In this document: positions 49,863-62,548 of the stretch, in pieces
Layout: each line of letters opens with the position of its first letter
Numbering within the stretch: the stretch's first letter is position 1
Source: Selaginella moellendorffii
Taxonomy: Eukaryota > Plantae > Lycopodiophyta
DNA length: 64,000 bases
Assembly (NCBI RefSeq): GCF_000143415.4
Contig: NW_003314276.1
Location: 171,784-235,783, forward strand
Direction of reading: 5' to 3'
The notes under the pieces: model-generated
What the model was told of the DNA's origin: nothing
What the model saw: the letters and a program-made list of their open reading frames with translations, nothing else
The model's database searches: none
Program-made: the position numbers and the translations under genes

Positions 49863-52800
49863 CACTTCCACGTGTCATATGTTGGTCCTTTTTGGGTCCC
49901 CTTTTGGAGCCTCGCTTATTGCTCACTTCGTGCTTGTTCCTCGAGCACTTTGTTGGGAGTTCCACTCCCACTCTCGACCTTTCAAGTCGGAGCTTTTAGT
50001 CCAAACGTGTTACGCTCGTTTGGCTTTCACTTCAGCCACTACCACGTGGCACCCTTTCCGGCTCCACTTTGGGGCCTAGGGATTTTGTGTCTCACAACTC
50101 CACCACCCATAGACGAAGTTCGATATCCTCATCGAACGGTAAACCATTTTATAAAGTAACACTCGCATGTGTTACTATTTCCATCCTTAGCACCTAGCCA
50201 ATATTCGTCAATGGTTTGACATTGAAGGCTCACCATGCCTTCTCCATATTCATCAATGGTTCGACAGCAAAGGCTCACCATGCCTTGCCCATCCTCTAAG
50301 GAGGATAGTCTCTCCAACTTAGAGACTCACTTGACCACCTGGGGTGGTTTGCTCCTTTTTATTGGTTCAGTTCTCGCTAAACCTATTAGAGACACCCTCT
50401 CTAACTCAATTCCACTACTCATTCTTGAGTAGTCACAGATTCCATTGATCTACCTTTGCACTTTGGAACGTTTACTTTTGACTTCTTGAAGTTAATTTCC
50501 TAGGTGTCTCCGACACCTTGCCTTGGACATTTTGTGCAACTCCACTTCCCCTCTTAGGAAGTTCTCTACTCGAGGGCACCCTCTTCCTCTTTTCTATTTT
50601 TGTGCCCCCATTGGCATTACGTTCCATTTATCATTATTTGTGCTAGGGCTGTCCACGGCCCTATCTTGGGCACTCGTCTTTTGCTCCTATTCTTGGATTG
50701 TTGCACGAAGCAACATAGGATCGCTACCTCCATTTTTGAGGTTTCCTTTCGGTTCCATAGCAAACACTTTGCTTTGCCAAGTCCAAAGGGTGTTCACCCC
50801 TAGTACGTCTCTTTAACATTTTCTATCATGGGCTCTATCCACGGCCCAACTTTTTGAGACCCTCCCTTGGATCTTTTATAAAGACTACTTTCCTTGGACT
50901 TACTATGCCATAGCATTGACATAGCTTATTTCCCTTAGGTGGGCTTCCCACTTGGTCACCTCAACCAAGCCACACCTTTATCAATAGTTCAAATCAACAC
51001 TTTGAATTAGGAATCATATTCCTTAACCCAAACAAAGACTTTGTCTTTGTTTAGCCACAAGATCACCTAGTGATCTTATCTTGACCCCTTAATAGGTCTA
51101 TCAATAGGGACTAGGTCTTCCAGACCCTTCTAAGTTGTTGACTATGACCCCGGGGGCATCCCCCACACTTGGCGGTGTGCCCAAGCCAGCCCTTCCGGCC
51201 AAGGATCCATAGCAACCGAGACTGGGTGTCCCCATCTCATTCACCACGTCCTTGGTGCCCTTTTGCACCAAAGTGTTCAAGTTAGATATGCCGAGCTTTC
51301 ACTCTAAACAATCTAACTGTGCATCACGACTCCGAGGCATCCCTCGCTTGGCGGTGTGCCCAAACCAGTCTCCTCACTGAGAGTCCATGACCACCGAAAT
51401 ATGAGTGTCCTCATATTCCAAACCATCACCACGCCCTAGTGATTTGGGACTCGAACCCAAGCACTAGAGGGTCAGGACTCAAACCCAACCTCCGTATATG
51501 CATCTACGGACGGCATCACCCTAGATGCCTGGCGTGACTCCCCACGCCAGTGCACCAACTTATACTCAAAGCGCGCTATATATCACAGCTTAGGAACCTA
51601 GTTCCTCCACACTGCCAAGCCCTCTCACTTGACAAGTCTGTGATCATGCATGGACTCCTTCATGCTTGGCCCCATGGCCCACCGCTTTTGAAGTTATCAC
51701 CTTCAACTAGGGTATTTGTTCCCCTGACTTGCCAATCTCACTTTGGCAAGCCCTCGGACCACTGTAACATGGTTCCTACACAAGCGTGAAAGCCCTTGAT
51801 CATCGACTTTCATTCAAAGCCCTCTCTTTGAACACTCGGGAACTACTTCCCTAACCTTGATAGCCTTGCCTCATGGCAAGCTTCAAGACCACGCTTCTGC
51901 TGCGCCACTCTGATTTCGCATGTTCCTTGAACCATTTATGCTTGGCCTTTTTAGGTACTAAGCTACCTAGAATCATCTTTGGGAACCTTGAAGGAACTCT
52001 ATCCTTTAGCTTGCTAAGGCCTCCCTTTTTGCAAGCTTGCCACTTACCATATAGTCTAACATGGACAATTCCATATTTTAGACTCTCCATGGCATCACGG
52101 TTGCTAGCAGCAACACCCTCGAGCCCCCACTTGATTCTCCACTCCCAGCTGGCATAACCAACCTTGGTTATGCCCTTCGATCCCTATGGTTCGGTTCTAC
52201 CCCCTTACTTCTTGCTTTTGGCTTCACACCTTTCCTTTGGTCATTCTCCTCCAGACCAGGAGGATAGCTTTGCACTTTCTATCATGCCTTAGCAAGTATT
52301 CTTATGGATGAACCTACCCGATAGCCTAGGGAGTGGTTCCTCAATCCAGGTATGCTCACCCTATAATCCCACACACCGAGATTACGTTGTTGCTTATGGG
52401 CCTTTACATGCCCATCACTAGCCTTGCCAAAATTCCATTTTTGGCTTTGTCCAATTCGAGTAGACAGTCTTCTCTTGTCTCCGCCACCTTGGACATTTGG
52501 ATAGCACCTTCTATCCATCATTCGCTAGGGACTTATTCCCTTGGGCCTTATCTATTGCCCTCGCGACGTCAAACACCACCTCCTGGTGTTCTAGAGTGTT
52601 TGGGTGTCCCAATGACAACTTCCTTGACAATGAGTATTTCCTTTCATGACATTGACTTACTATATCGCAACATAAGCAACTTATCCCCCGAAAGGGTATA
52701 TCCAACTTCCTTATGCCATTAAGAAGGCTTGGGTAGCTACCTTCTACCCGTTTAACCAATTATTTTGCACCTTTTGCTTAGTTGCCCGATAGTTGTCAAG

Positions 52801-55030
52801 TCCTACAACTCATTGCTTGGTGCTCCCACACCTCCATCATTATCTGGGTCACCACACTCCAACCGCATGCCTTCCAGCTTAGGCCTTGCCATTCCTACTT
52901 CCGTTGGGATTCCCTTGGCAAGGGGTTCTTAGGAACCCACCATCATAACCTCAAGGTATCACACCTTGGCACATTTGGTGTCTCCACACCATTTGCCCCA
53001 CGAGCCTATCCTTATGACACTCCTTACTAGTGTCTAGGTCTTTGCCAAGACTAATATAGTTGTTCCTCATGCCAACCATCCGTTAGCACTGCACCATAGA
53101 GGTCACACACAACTTTGTTTCAAAGTTTTTTTCTTTTGGGAACACCCTTCCCATGACTTTAGCATGGCACATTTTGCCATCGATGAGATACCCTCTGTTC
53201 TCATCCTTGGATCCTATGATCCCCCCCCATCCTTCGTGGGGTACCACACACCTCAGTCCAAATGCTTCCATCAATCCTTTAGGATTATTCCTTGACTCTA
53301 TTGGAGTTATCCAACTTTTTGGACTTTGTCATCCGACGACCCATGAGGTCCTACCTTTGAGGTGCCAGCTCACTTGAATACAACTTCTTGTATTCAGGTC
53401 CTACTCACAGGGACCATCTTTGCAAGTGTTACTCCGACACTTGATTTGTTCTCTTGGGCAACCCTTTGCCCCTTAGGACCACTTGTCCATGTGATGAGAA
53501 CACCAACTCATCTTTTGAGTACACCCCCAACTCCTTGGGTTGTTCCAGCATTTATTAGGGGTAGCCCCGGCTACCATTTCAAGGACTTGTGTCCCTTTCC
53601 GTACTTGACCTCCCATGGTCATCAATTCCGGTCTCAAAGTTATGAGCACCAGACTCAACTATATGAGGGTAATCTTGTGACTCCTTTATCGTTTTGGAGT
53701 CTACATCTTTCCCGTGATCCCAACTATAGTTGTTTACCACAACTACATTAGCCGGTTTGCTGCGTCAAACACTCATCTGGATCACATCCTCAGCTCTCTG
53801 AGGAAACCTTATACTATTCCCAAGATCCCAAAGTTGTTCCATTATTGGCCCTTTTCTATCCACCACGTCGTGCCTAAGTTCACGCATGAACTTGAGTGGA
53901 GAGTCATGTCCTCTAGACATGCTACTCCTCAAGGATAGGCCCCCACTTAGGACCTTCCGATGCCAGCATCAATGGTGATATACTTGAGCACCAATAAAAG
54001 TCAGACTAAGGAACAGCTCCGATACCAAGTTGTAAGCGACTAAATTTTCCATTCTACTTTAGTCACTTAACCACACCTCCGACCACTTGGAGGAGTCTCA
54101 TTCACAACCTCCATCAGTCCAATTCAGGACTTGGGGCTTGCTAGCCCCAAGAATGGCATCCATGCCACTCAACACTTGCACCTGGTCCAAGTGCTCCACG
54201 TGTCCAGTCCCAAGACCGACACCCAAAGGTACCACTGACATCTCGGCCCATTACGCTAAGGCCATGCCCATTCACCTTTGCTGCACTAGTGGTCCAATAC
54301 CACTTGCATCACCATCCCGTCTCTCCAAGACTGGGCCATCTGTCCACGAGTGGTCATCCTAGATCCACTCCTTAGCATCCTTAGGATGCCCACAAACCTG
54401 GGGAATCACCTTCCCCAAAGTCCCTTTGTCAGTCCCTACCAAGTCCCTTTCTGCCCCTAGCCGTGTTTGCCAACACTGCCACTGGATCGAGGCCCACAGG
54501 CCCGACCACTAAGTCCCATGGTCCTCTGGGACTTCCTCACCACACGACTGTGTCCTTGGTCACTACCCCAGAGGACTGCTCCTCTTCCTTTCCACAGTCT
54601 AGGCCTTTGGGACAACATTCCGGAACACCGTGGCCTTACGCGAGCCACCTGGGTACTCTCCCCGCCTTTCGCCTTTAGGTGCTCTAGCCATGGGCTTAGA
54701 GCGAGGTTCCGTTGAGCCACGCCTGGTATCCAAGTAGGTAGTGCCACCCACACTTGGACTGGGAGCATCGGCCAGTCGATCTCTCGGGGGAACTAGAGCT
54801 GGCTCTTGAACACTTCACCAAGCTACCCCGCTTGTCGGTCCATGTTCACTCTAGTCTTGGACTTCCCAGTGGTCAGTTCATCACCCAACACTAGGTCTGG
54901 CCTTCCTGGGCCAAACTGGCCTTTCCTGGCTAAACTAGCTCCACTGTAGTCCTCCCCCTTACTATACTTTTGGAGCTCACCAAACCCCCCAGAGTCTGGG
55001 AGACGAACACTTTGGGCTTTCACCCTCTCA

Positions 55031-55634
55031 GACTCGAACTCGGACTCGGACTCGGACTCGGTCTCGGACTCGGACTCAGACTCGGACTCGGGCTCGGGCT
55101 CGGTCTCAGCCTTGGCCTCGGTCTCGGTCTCGGTCCCGGTCTCGGTCTCGGTCCTGGTCTCAGTCTCGGTCTCGGTCTCGGTCCCGGTCTCGGTCTCGAC
55201 CTCGGACTCCATCTCGGGTCCTTCTCGGACTCCATCTCGGACTCCATCTCGGACTCCGTCTCGGTCCATCTCGGACTCCATCTCAGACTCCATCTCGGAC
55301 TCCGTCTCGGTCCATCTCGGACTCTATCTCGGGTCCATCTCGGACTCCGTCTCGGTTCACCTTGGACTCCACTTCGGGTCCATCTCGGACTCCATATCGG
55401 ACTCCATCTCGGACTCCACTTCGGGTCCATCTTGGACTCCATATCGGACTCCATCTCGGACTCCACTTCGGGTCCATCTTGGACTCCATACCGGACTCCA
55501 TCTCGGACTCCATTTCGGACTCCATATCGGACTCCACTTCGGGTCCATCTCGGACTCCATCTCGGGTCCATCTCGGACTCCGTCTTGGTCCACCTCGGAC
55601 TCCACTTCGGGTCCATCTTGGACTCCATCTCGGA
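55031..55634. repeat. Shorter version of the same minisatellite in the family C 5' LTR
   Basis: Same units, ~170 bp shorter than in the partner LTR. Confidence 0.9.
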
Positions 55635-56217
55635 CACTTCCACGTGTCATGTGTTGGTCCTTTTTGGGTCCCTTTTTGGAGCCTCGCTTATTGCTCGCTT
55701 CGTGCTTGTTCCTCGAGCACTGTGTTGGGAGTCCCACTCCCACTCTCGACCTTTCAAGTCGGAGCTTTTAGTCCAAATGTGTTACGCTCGTTTGGCTTTC
55801 ACTTCGGCCACTACCACGTGGCACCCTTTCCGGCTCCACTTTGGGGCCTAGGGATTTTGTGTCTCACATGCAGGTCAGGAATCCAGCGAGATTCAGGAAT
55901 GTGGTATAAATTGGGGGATTCCTGACAGTAAGCTATCATCCAGCATTATTGAGGGACTAATCTCAATATGCGAGGGTTCTTTTCAAGCCAGTGCAAGACA
56001 GAGCAAAAGAGAACTAAAAAGCCAGGCCATGTATACTTGGATAAATAGACACTTAGGAATTCCATCCTTATGCTCATCCGGCCAAGTACAAATGCAAAGT
56101 CCAATTTACTAACACTTGAACCAGCAATACCGACATTCTGCCATCATGGCAAAAAGAAAAGAGTGTCTGTAAGTACTGGCTAACAAGTAACTTTTGATAC
56201 CTAAAGTCACATTTGCA

Positions 56218-59200
56218 ACACCTCCTTACACTCCAAGTACTGCTTCAGCTTAAATTTCAAAATCTCATTGCGAGAAAGTGAACTCAAACCCTCTAGGAAA
56301 TAACTTCGAGCATTTTCATCACTCATATTTGCAATCATAATGTGCTTCTGAGCAAACACATTAATATAATGCATAAAGTCCCCTTGCCGCTTTAACCACT
56401 GCAGCTCCACGAGAAGTCTCAAACTAAGATCATCTAGCAAGTATTTCTTACGGATATGAGACCGCATCTTGGTCCAACTGCTAGTCTGCCCTTTTTCAGC
56501 ACACACCTGGCACCACTAAGTTTTGGCATGATTGGAGAGAAAGGATTGCACTCACACAACTTTCATACAATGAAGAGAGTGTCTGTAAAAACTGGTTGAC
56601 AAGTATTTATGATACCTGAAGTCACATTCATGACATTAGGCCACCAATATGTCATAATCATGCCAGACACCATCTAACACCATTTTATGTGTAGGTGCTA
56701 GATATGGGGAGTTGGTTCTCGTGGGATTGTACCAAACCCTTGTTTCTTAGTCCAATAGGCTTGGAGTTTGGCTCTAAATTTAGGTATGCTATATTTGATA
56801 TCAGAGGAATTATCTTAGCGATTTCGATCCAGATTTTCTAACTCAAATTGCATATGCAAAGACTTTTCTACTAGATCCGAAGCAATCTGTAGGATTAGTT
56901 GGATTGCACCATTCGGTAAGAACATTATATGTATATTCAGTTACTGATAGAGGCATGAATGTAGCTAGCAGGATGGTGAAAAGGAACCGTGCTGATGACC
57001 CTGAAACCTCTAGACAAGCGAATCAAGAGGAGGAAACTCCTGCCAGAGATGCTACGGAAGAGGTTGAGGTTGAGTCAAAAAAGGAAGAGCCAGATGCTAC
57101 TGCACTGTAGCATATGGCTCAAGAAGTTGAGATTGAGACTGGACCCTCGTTTCATAGTGCAACAAGCTTAGAGTTTAGCTCCAAATTTAAGTGCACTATA
57201 TTTGGTATCAGAGGACTTCTCTTAGCAATTCATAACAAACTTTTGTCAAATTTTCTACCTCAAGTTGCATATGCAAAGACTTTTTTAGAAGATCCAAAGT
57301 GACTTGTGTAGGATTAGTGGGATTGCACAATTCAGTAAGAACATTGTATGCATGTTCAATTACTGATAGAGGCATGCATGTAGCTAGCAAAATGGTGAAA
57401 AGAAACCATGTTGATGATGTTGAAACCTCTAGATGGGTGAATCAAGAAGAAGAAACTCCTACTAGAAATGCTGCAAAAGAGGCTAAGGCTGAGTCAGAAG
57501 AGGTAGAGCTAGATGCTTCAGCAATGCAACATATGGCTCTGGAAGTCGAGATCAAGAATTTGCAAGGGGAAGTTTGCAAATTGAAGGAGGAGAACAAAAA
57601 GAGGAAGAAACAAGTGGAGGCAGCTAAACTAGCTAAACCTACGCAACCAAACTCTGAAGACAGTTCTGAGGACAATGAAGTTCTACAATTGCCCCTGGTT
57701 GCACGAGTTTCAAAGTACAAGCCTCCAAAACCACCCAATTTCAGAGGCATGCGGGACTATCAGGTTGTGGAAGATTGGGTCTACGATATAGAAAACTATT
57801 TCATAGTAGCAAATGTAGATGATCGTATGAAAGTTGTATATGTGTAATCCTTTCTCACCAATCATTCCAAAATTTAGTGGCACCAGGTGTGTGCTGAAAA
57901 AGGGCAGACTAGCAGTTGGACCAAGATGTGGTCTTGTATTCGTAAGGAATACTTGCCAGATGATCTTGGTCTAAGACTTCATGTGGAGCTACAGTAGTTA
58001 AAGTAGTGAGAAGACCTTATGCATTACATTAATGCATTTGCTTAAAAGTGCATTATGATTGCAAATATGAATGACGAAGATGCTTGAAGTTATTTCCTGG
58101 AAGGTTTAAGTTCACTTTCTTGTTATGAGATTTTGAAGTTTAGGCCGAAGATGTACCTGGAGTATAAGGAGGTAACACAACAAGTTGCCTTTAGTCACTC
58201 ACTCATGGAACAATATCTGCAGCCATATGCTAATACCTTGGACATGAATAAAAATTCTGGGAATAAATAAGGTGATCAGAAACAAAGGGTGGAAGGAAAG
58301 TTCCACCCTAAGTGCTCACAAGCAATAGTTAACAAAGGTGGTGCTTGATGACCACAAGCAGCTTCTTCTAGTCCTAGGCCCTCTATTCCTCCTACTAATG
58401 GGTACAAGCAGTAGCAACCTACAAAACTTGCTCCTAGCGGAATGGGTACTGTGGGTCATTGCTTCCACTGTGGAGAGTCAGGACATAAGTCCTCGGAATG
58501 TCCCAAAAGGCATAAGACAAAATCTCATGTTACTGTGATGAGGAAAGATGATGGTGATGAAGCTGAAGAGGTTGATGAGTTGGTCAATGTAGACTATGAG
58601 GAAGAGGAGGTGAGTTACTTTCATTACTTTTTTCAAGCTTTTCTTGCAATCAATGCAAACACTAATCCGTTGATGTATCTAGTAGGCTTTGTCCCCAAAC
58701 ACAAAATCTGAGTGATGATTAACATAGGAGCTACATATAGCGTGATCCGAAGACTTAGTTAAGTTCTTAGGATTGAAAGCTAAACATATGTCGCTCATAC
58801 ACTTCCGGTTTGCAAAAGTTAGGTAAGTAGCCAAAAAATTTATGAGTGATGTTCCAATAAAAGTATCCAAGTGGAAAGAAATAGTGGACTCGATAGTGTT
58901 GAAGATACCAGATTTTCATATGGTGTTTGGTATGGATTTCTTCAAAAAATATATTAAAGGGATTTATAGTGCTGGCCATCATATTGAAGTCAAAAGAACG
59001 TCCAATTGTGTCCTTCCTATTGCAAAAGTGCTTCTCAAAAGATTGGGATGCTAAATTCCTGATTGTGAGAGCCACTCAAAAAGAGTAGTTAAGAAGGGAT
59101 GTGGGACCTTTTAGGGTTCAAGTAATGGAAGCTAAGGGTGTTGGTGACTCAGTTCGAATCAGCAACAAGCTTGATCCTGTACCAAAGAAGATATTGGAGT

Positions 59201-62200
59201 TGTTGGCGAGGAATTAAGATATCTTCCCAAAGGATTTGCCATCAGGGCTACCTCCTAGCCATGAGGTTGATTATCGGATTGAGGTTATTCCAGGTTTTAA
59301 ACCACCTACAAAAGCTCTGTATCATTTAAACATCAAAGAAATGGCTGAACTCAAGAAGCAACTCATGGAGCTTCTTAACAAAGGTCATATCTGACCAAGC
59401 AAATCACTTTATAAAGTGCCGATCCTTTTTGTTATGAAAAAGGATAGAACTATGAGGATGTGTATCAACTATCAGGCACTTAACAAAATCATGGTCAAAA
59501 AAGGTTATCCTTTGCCTTATATTAATGCCTTGTTTGACCAACTCTTAAAGGCTAAGCATTTTATGTAACTTCATTTGTAGTCTCGATATCATCAAATACA
59601 GGTGGCAGATCAAGATGTGGAGAAGAGAGCCTTTAAAACTCAATACAGATCTTATAAGTTCCTCGTTATGCCATTTGTGTTATGCAATGCTCAAACAATA
59701 TTTAGCACTATGATAGATGGAATATTTTGAGATTATTTGGACACATTTGTTGTCCTATATATCGATGATGTTCTAGTCTTTAGTGAAACATTAGAGGATC
59801 ATTTCAAACACTTGAAGCTGATGTTTCAGAAATTGCATGAACACAAATTGTATGCTAAGAATGTAAGTGTGCTTTTGGACAATTGTGCGTGAATTTTCTT
59901 GGACATATAGTTGGTGGTGGCATAATTGAGGTGGATCCAAAGAAGGTACAAGCAGTGAAGTCCTAGGAATTCCTAACCACTATATCAGATATTTGTTCTT
60001 TTCCTGATTTGCCAAGATACTATCACAAGTTTGTCCGCAATTTTGCATGAATTCCTCTTTCATTGACTAAGTTAACAAAGAGTAGTATACCGTTTCATTG
60101 GACACTAGCTTATCAACGTGCTTTTGTACAGCTGAAGGAAATCTTAACTACAATCCTGTTCTCAAGATCCTAAATCCTGATAAACCCTTTGAAGTGCATT
60201 GTGATGCATTTGGCTACGCTATAGGTGCTGTATTACAGTAAGATTGTGGCAATGCAGTTGGTGTTATGCTAAGGCAACATGGTTGTCCTATTGCGTTCTA
60301 TTCTAAGAAATTGGATGAAACCCAATAAAAATGCCCAATACACGAGAAAGAGATGTTTGTTATAGTGTCAATGTTGGAACACTAGAAACATTATTCGGGT
60401 GGACAATCCAAGGATAGTAAGATATGAGCTACTTTGCTATATAGTCAAAGCTTATGCTGAAGTAGGTTTGTTGGCAAGATAAGCTTGCTAGATTCGATAT
60501 TGAAATCATATATAAACCTGGTAAAGATAATATTGTTTTGGATTCCGAGCAATATCGGCAATCAATTTGGACTGGTTGAAGGACATTCGGGCTTTGTATG
60601 GAAGTGATCCATTTGTGAAGGCAATCTTGTACCATGCAGAGTTGTCGAAGCAAAACCCAGTAGTGAAGCAGCGAAAGTTGCTAGCCACACCAATATGAAG
60701 CTTCACTTCTTAATTCAAGATAGGTTTATTTTCTATAAACAAGAAAGGTTGTATCTTCCCTCTAAGGATTTATAGCAATTGTTCCTGTGGGAACATCATG
60801 ATGTTCTAGCAACAGGACATGGTGGAAAGTGCAAGACTCTTGCTTCATTGAAAAAGGGGTTTTTCTGGTTTGGTATGGAAGGTGATATAGCAGATTATGT
60901 CCATTCCTATCCTATATGCTAGTAATGTAAGCACAGAACTGAGAAGTAGGCTGGAAAGTTGCAGTGCATTCTAGCACTGGCATGGCCATTTTAGAGTGTG
61001 ACTTGACTTTATCACTTGCTTGCCAAAGTCTAAGGGTTATGATACTTTAATGGTGGTTGTGGATTGGTTGTTGAAGATTGCACACTTCATTCTAACTATG
61101 GAAATAGTGAATGTGAAACAAGCATCAAAGCTCTTTTTCCATGAAGTAATGTGAGTTTTGTGGTCTTTCCGAAGAGATGATCTCAGATAGAGATTTGAGA
61201 TTTACAAGAAAGTTTTGGGGCACACTATTCCAGTTGTTCGGTACCAAGTTGAAGTTTAGTATAGCTTATCATCCTTAAATTGATGGGCAAACCAAACGTA
61301 TGAATGCTCAAATTGAGGATTATCTATGGTACTACGTTATGGTGGACCAACACGACTGAGTTGAGCATTTGCACACAATAAAAATCTATTATAACAACAC
61401 ATTTCACAGTGCTATTGGCTGTTCTCCATGGGAAATGCTGCAAAGGAATGCTCATGGGGTGCCTCAACAAATTGTTGTACCAAAACCAATGTCCAAAGTG
61501 TTGGTCCCAGCTATTGAGACTTATGTAGAGCAACTATGCCAATATTGGTCTAGAGCTTTTGAGGTGATGTGCAAAGCTCATGATAGGTATTGACATAATA
61601 AGGATCAACATCATTGGGATGTATGCTATCAAGTGGGAGATCAGGTATGGCTATTTTCCTGAAACTTCAATGTAAATGGATCTTTATCTCAACAGCTGTT
61701 ACCAAGATATGTCGGGCCCTATAAGATTTTGAAATGAATTGGTGATGTATCCTATCGGTTGGATCTTCCTGCAAACATGTCTAATGTTCATAACGTATTT
61801 CATACCAATTTATTGGCTCTTTACATTATGGATGTTGCATGTCACAGGGAGATTCGTCCACCACCAGATGTTGTGGATGGTGAATTTGAATATGAAGTTG
61901 AAACTATTTTGGATTCTTGGTTTTGGAGACAAGCTCGTGTGAAGGAATATCTTGTTAAGTGGAAAGTTTACCCGACTTGTGAATCAACTTGGGAACCTCT
62001 TAAGAATCTCTCGTGAGCTTGTCACGATGTATGAGAATCGTAATAAAGCCTAGCTTTTGTAAATCTTGTAATAAATCTTGCAAATCAATAAAGTAATATA
62101 TTTTTATAAATCAAAAGTTTTGTTTCTTTCATTCATTAGTACTTAGGTTAGTTCTGGTAGGTTGACTTTGACACTTTGATGCATGGGTTCAATCCATAAC

Positions 62201-62548
62201 CATGGGGATAACTATTATAGACTGATCACAAGTCCCCACCTCTCTCTCAATGACTCATTTTTTAAAAGGGCATGGTCATATAGACAACTTAATCTACTAG
62301 TTTATAATAGTTGTCTAAATCTTCCCGATGGGGTTGATTTCTTGCTCAGGGGAATTTGGGCCTTTGGCCTTCTCTTATGTCCCTACGGGTAGGGATGTAT
62401 TATTCCTTTGTAAGCTAAGTGGTACTAAGAGCAGCAAGGGTGGCTAACTTCTGTATTCATTTCCTTATTGATGATGGCTGGAGGGTGTCTGAGCCTTAAT
62501 GTTTTTTGATATAGAGGAGAGGTAGTTTCATAACTCATTTAAATCAAT
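56218..62548 (+). mobile_element. Heavily C>T/G>A-mutated family B relic: inverted gag piece 56218-56570, duplicated LTR-end/PBS/gag start, then gag-pol and 3' UTR at 57137-62548
   Basis: Colinear with the reverse complement of 9260-14730. PBS TGGTATCAGAG at ~57203. Chromodomain remnant at 61880-62010. Confidence 0.9.

Larger units (their letters stand above)
48089..55868 (-). mobile_element. Non-autonomous (LARD-like) LTR element, family C
   Basis: LTRs 48089-50096 and 54031-55868 (TGTAAG...CTCACA). TSD TGCAG at 48084-48088 and 55869-55873. Met PBS complement GCTCCGATACCA at 54016-54027. The 3.9-kb interior has no recognisable RT or IN. PPT and 3' UTR are shared with family A. Confidence 0.9.
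42576..55927 (-). mobile_element. Ty3/gypsy chromovirus family D (Tcn1/Tf1-like), 5' LTR interrupted by family C
   Basis: LTRs 42576-42962 and 47756-48088 + 55874-55927 (TGTCA...TGACA). TSD GTAAG at 42571-42575 and 55928-55932. PPT complement GCACCCCCTCCTC at 42963. No tRNA PBS. Confidence 0.92.

Noticed and set aside
48812-50159. Long ORFs rich in SD/LG/ES/SP repeats (also 54823-55925 and 65-374)
   Set aside because: They are open in nearly all six frames because the LTR minisatellite lacks stops. No evidence of coding function.
51436-51492. tRNA gene or SINE
   Set aside because: Only a T-arm-like hairpin. I could not find a D arm, anticodon arm, acceptor stem or A box.
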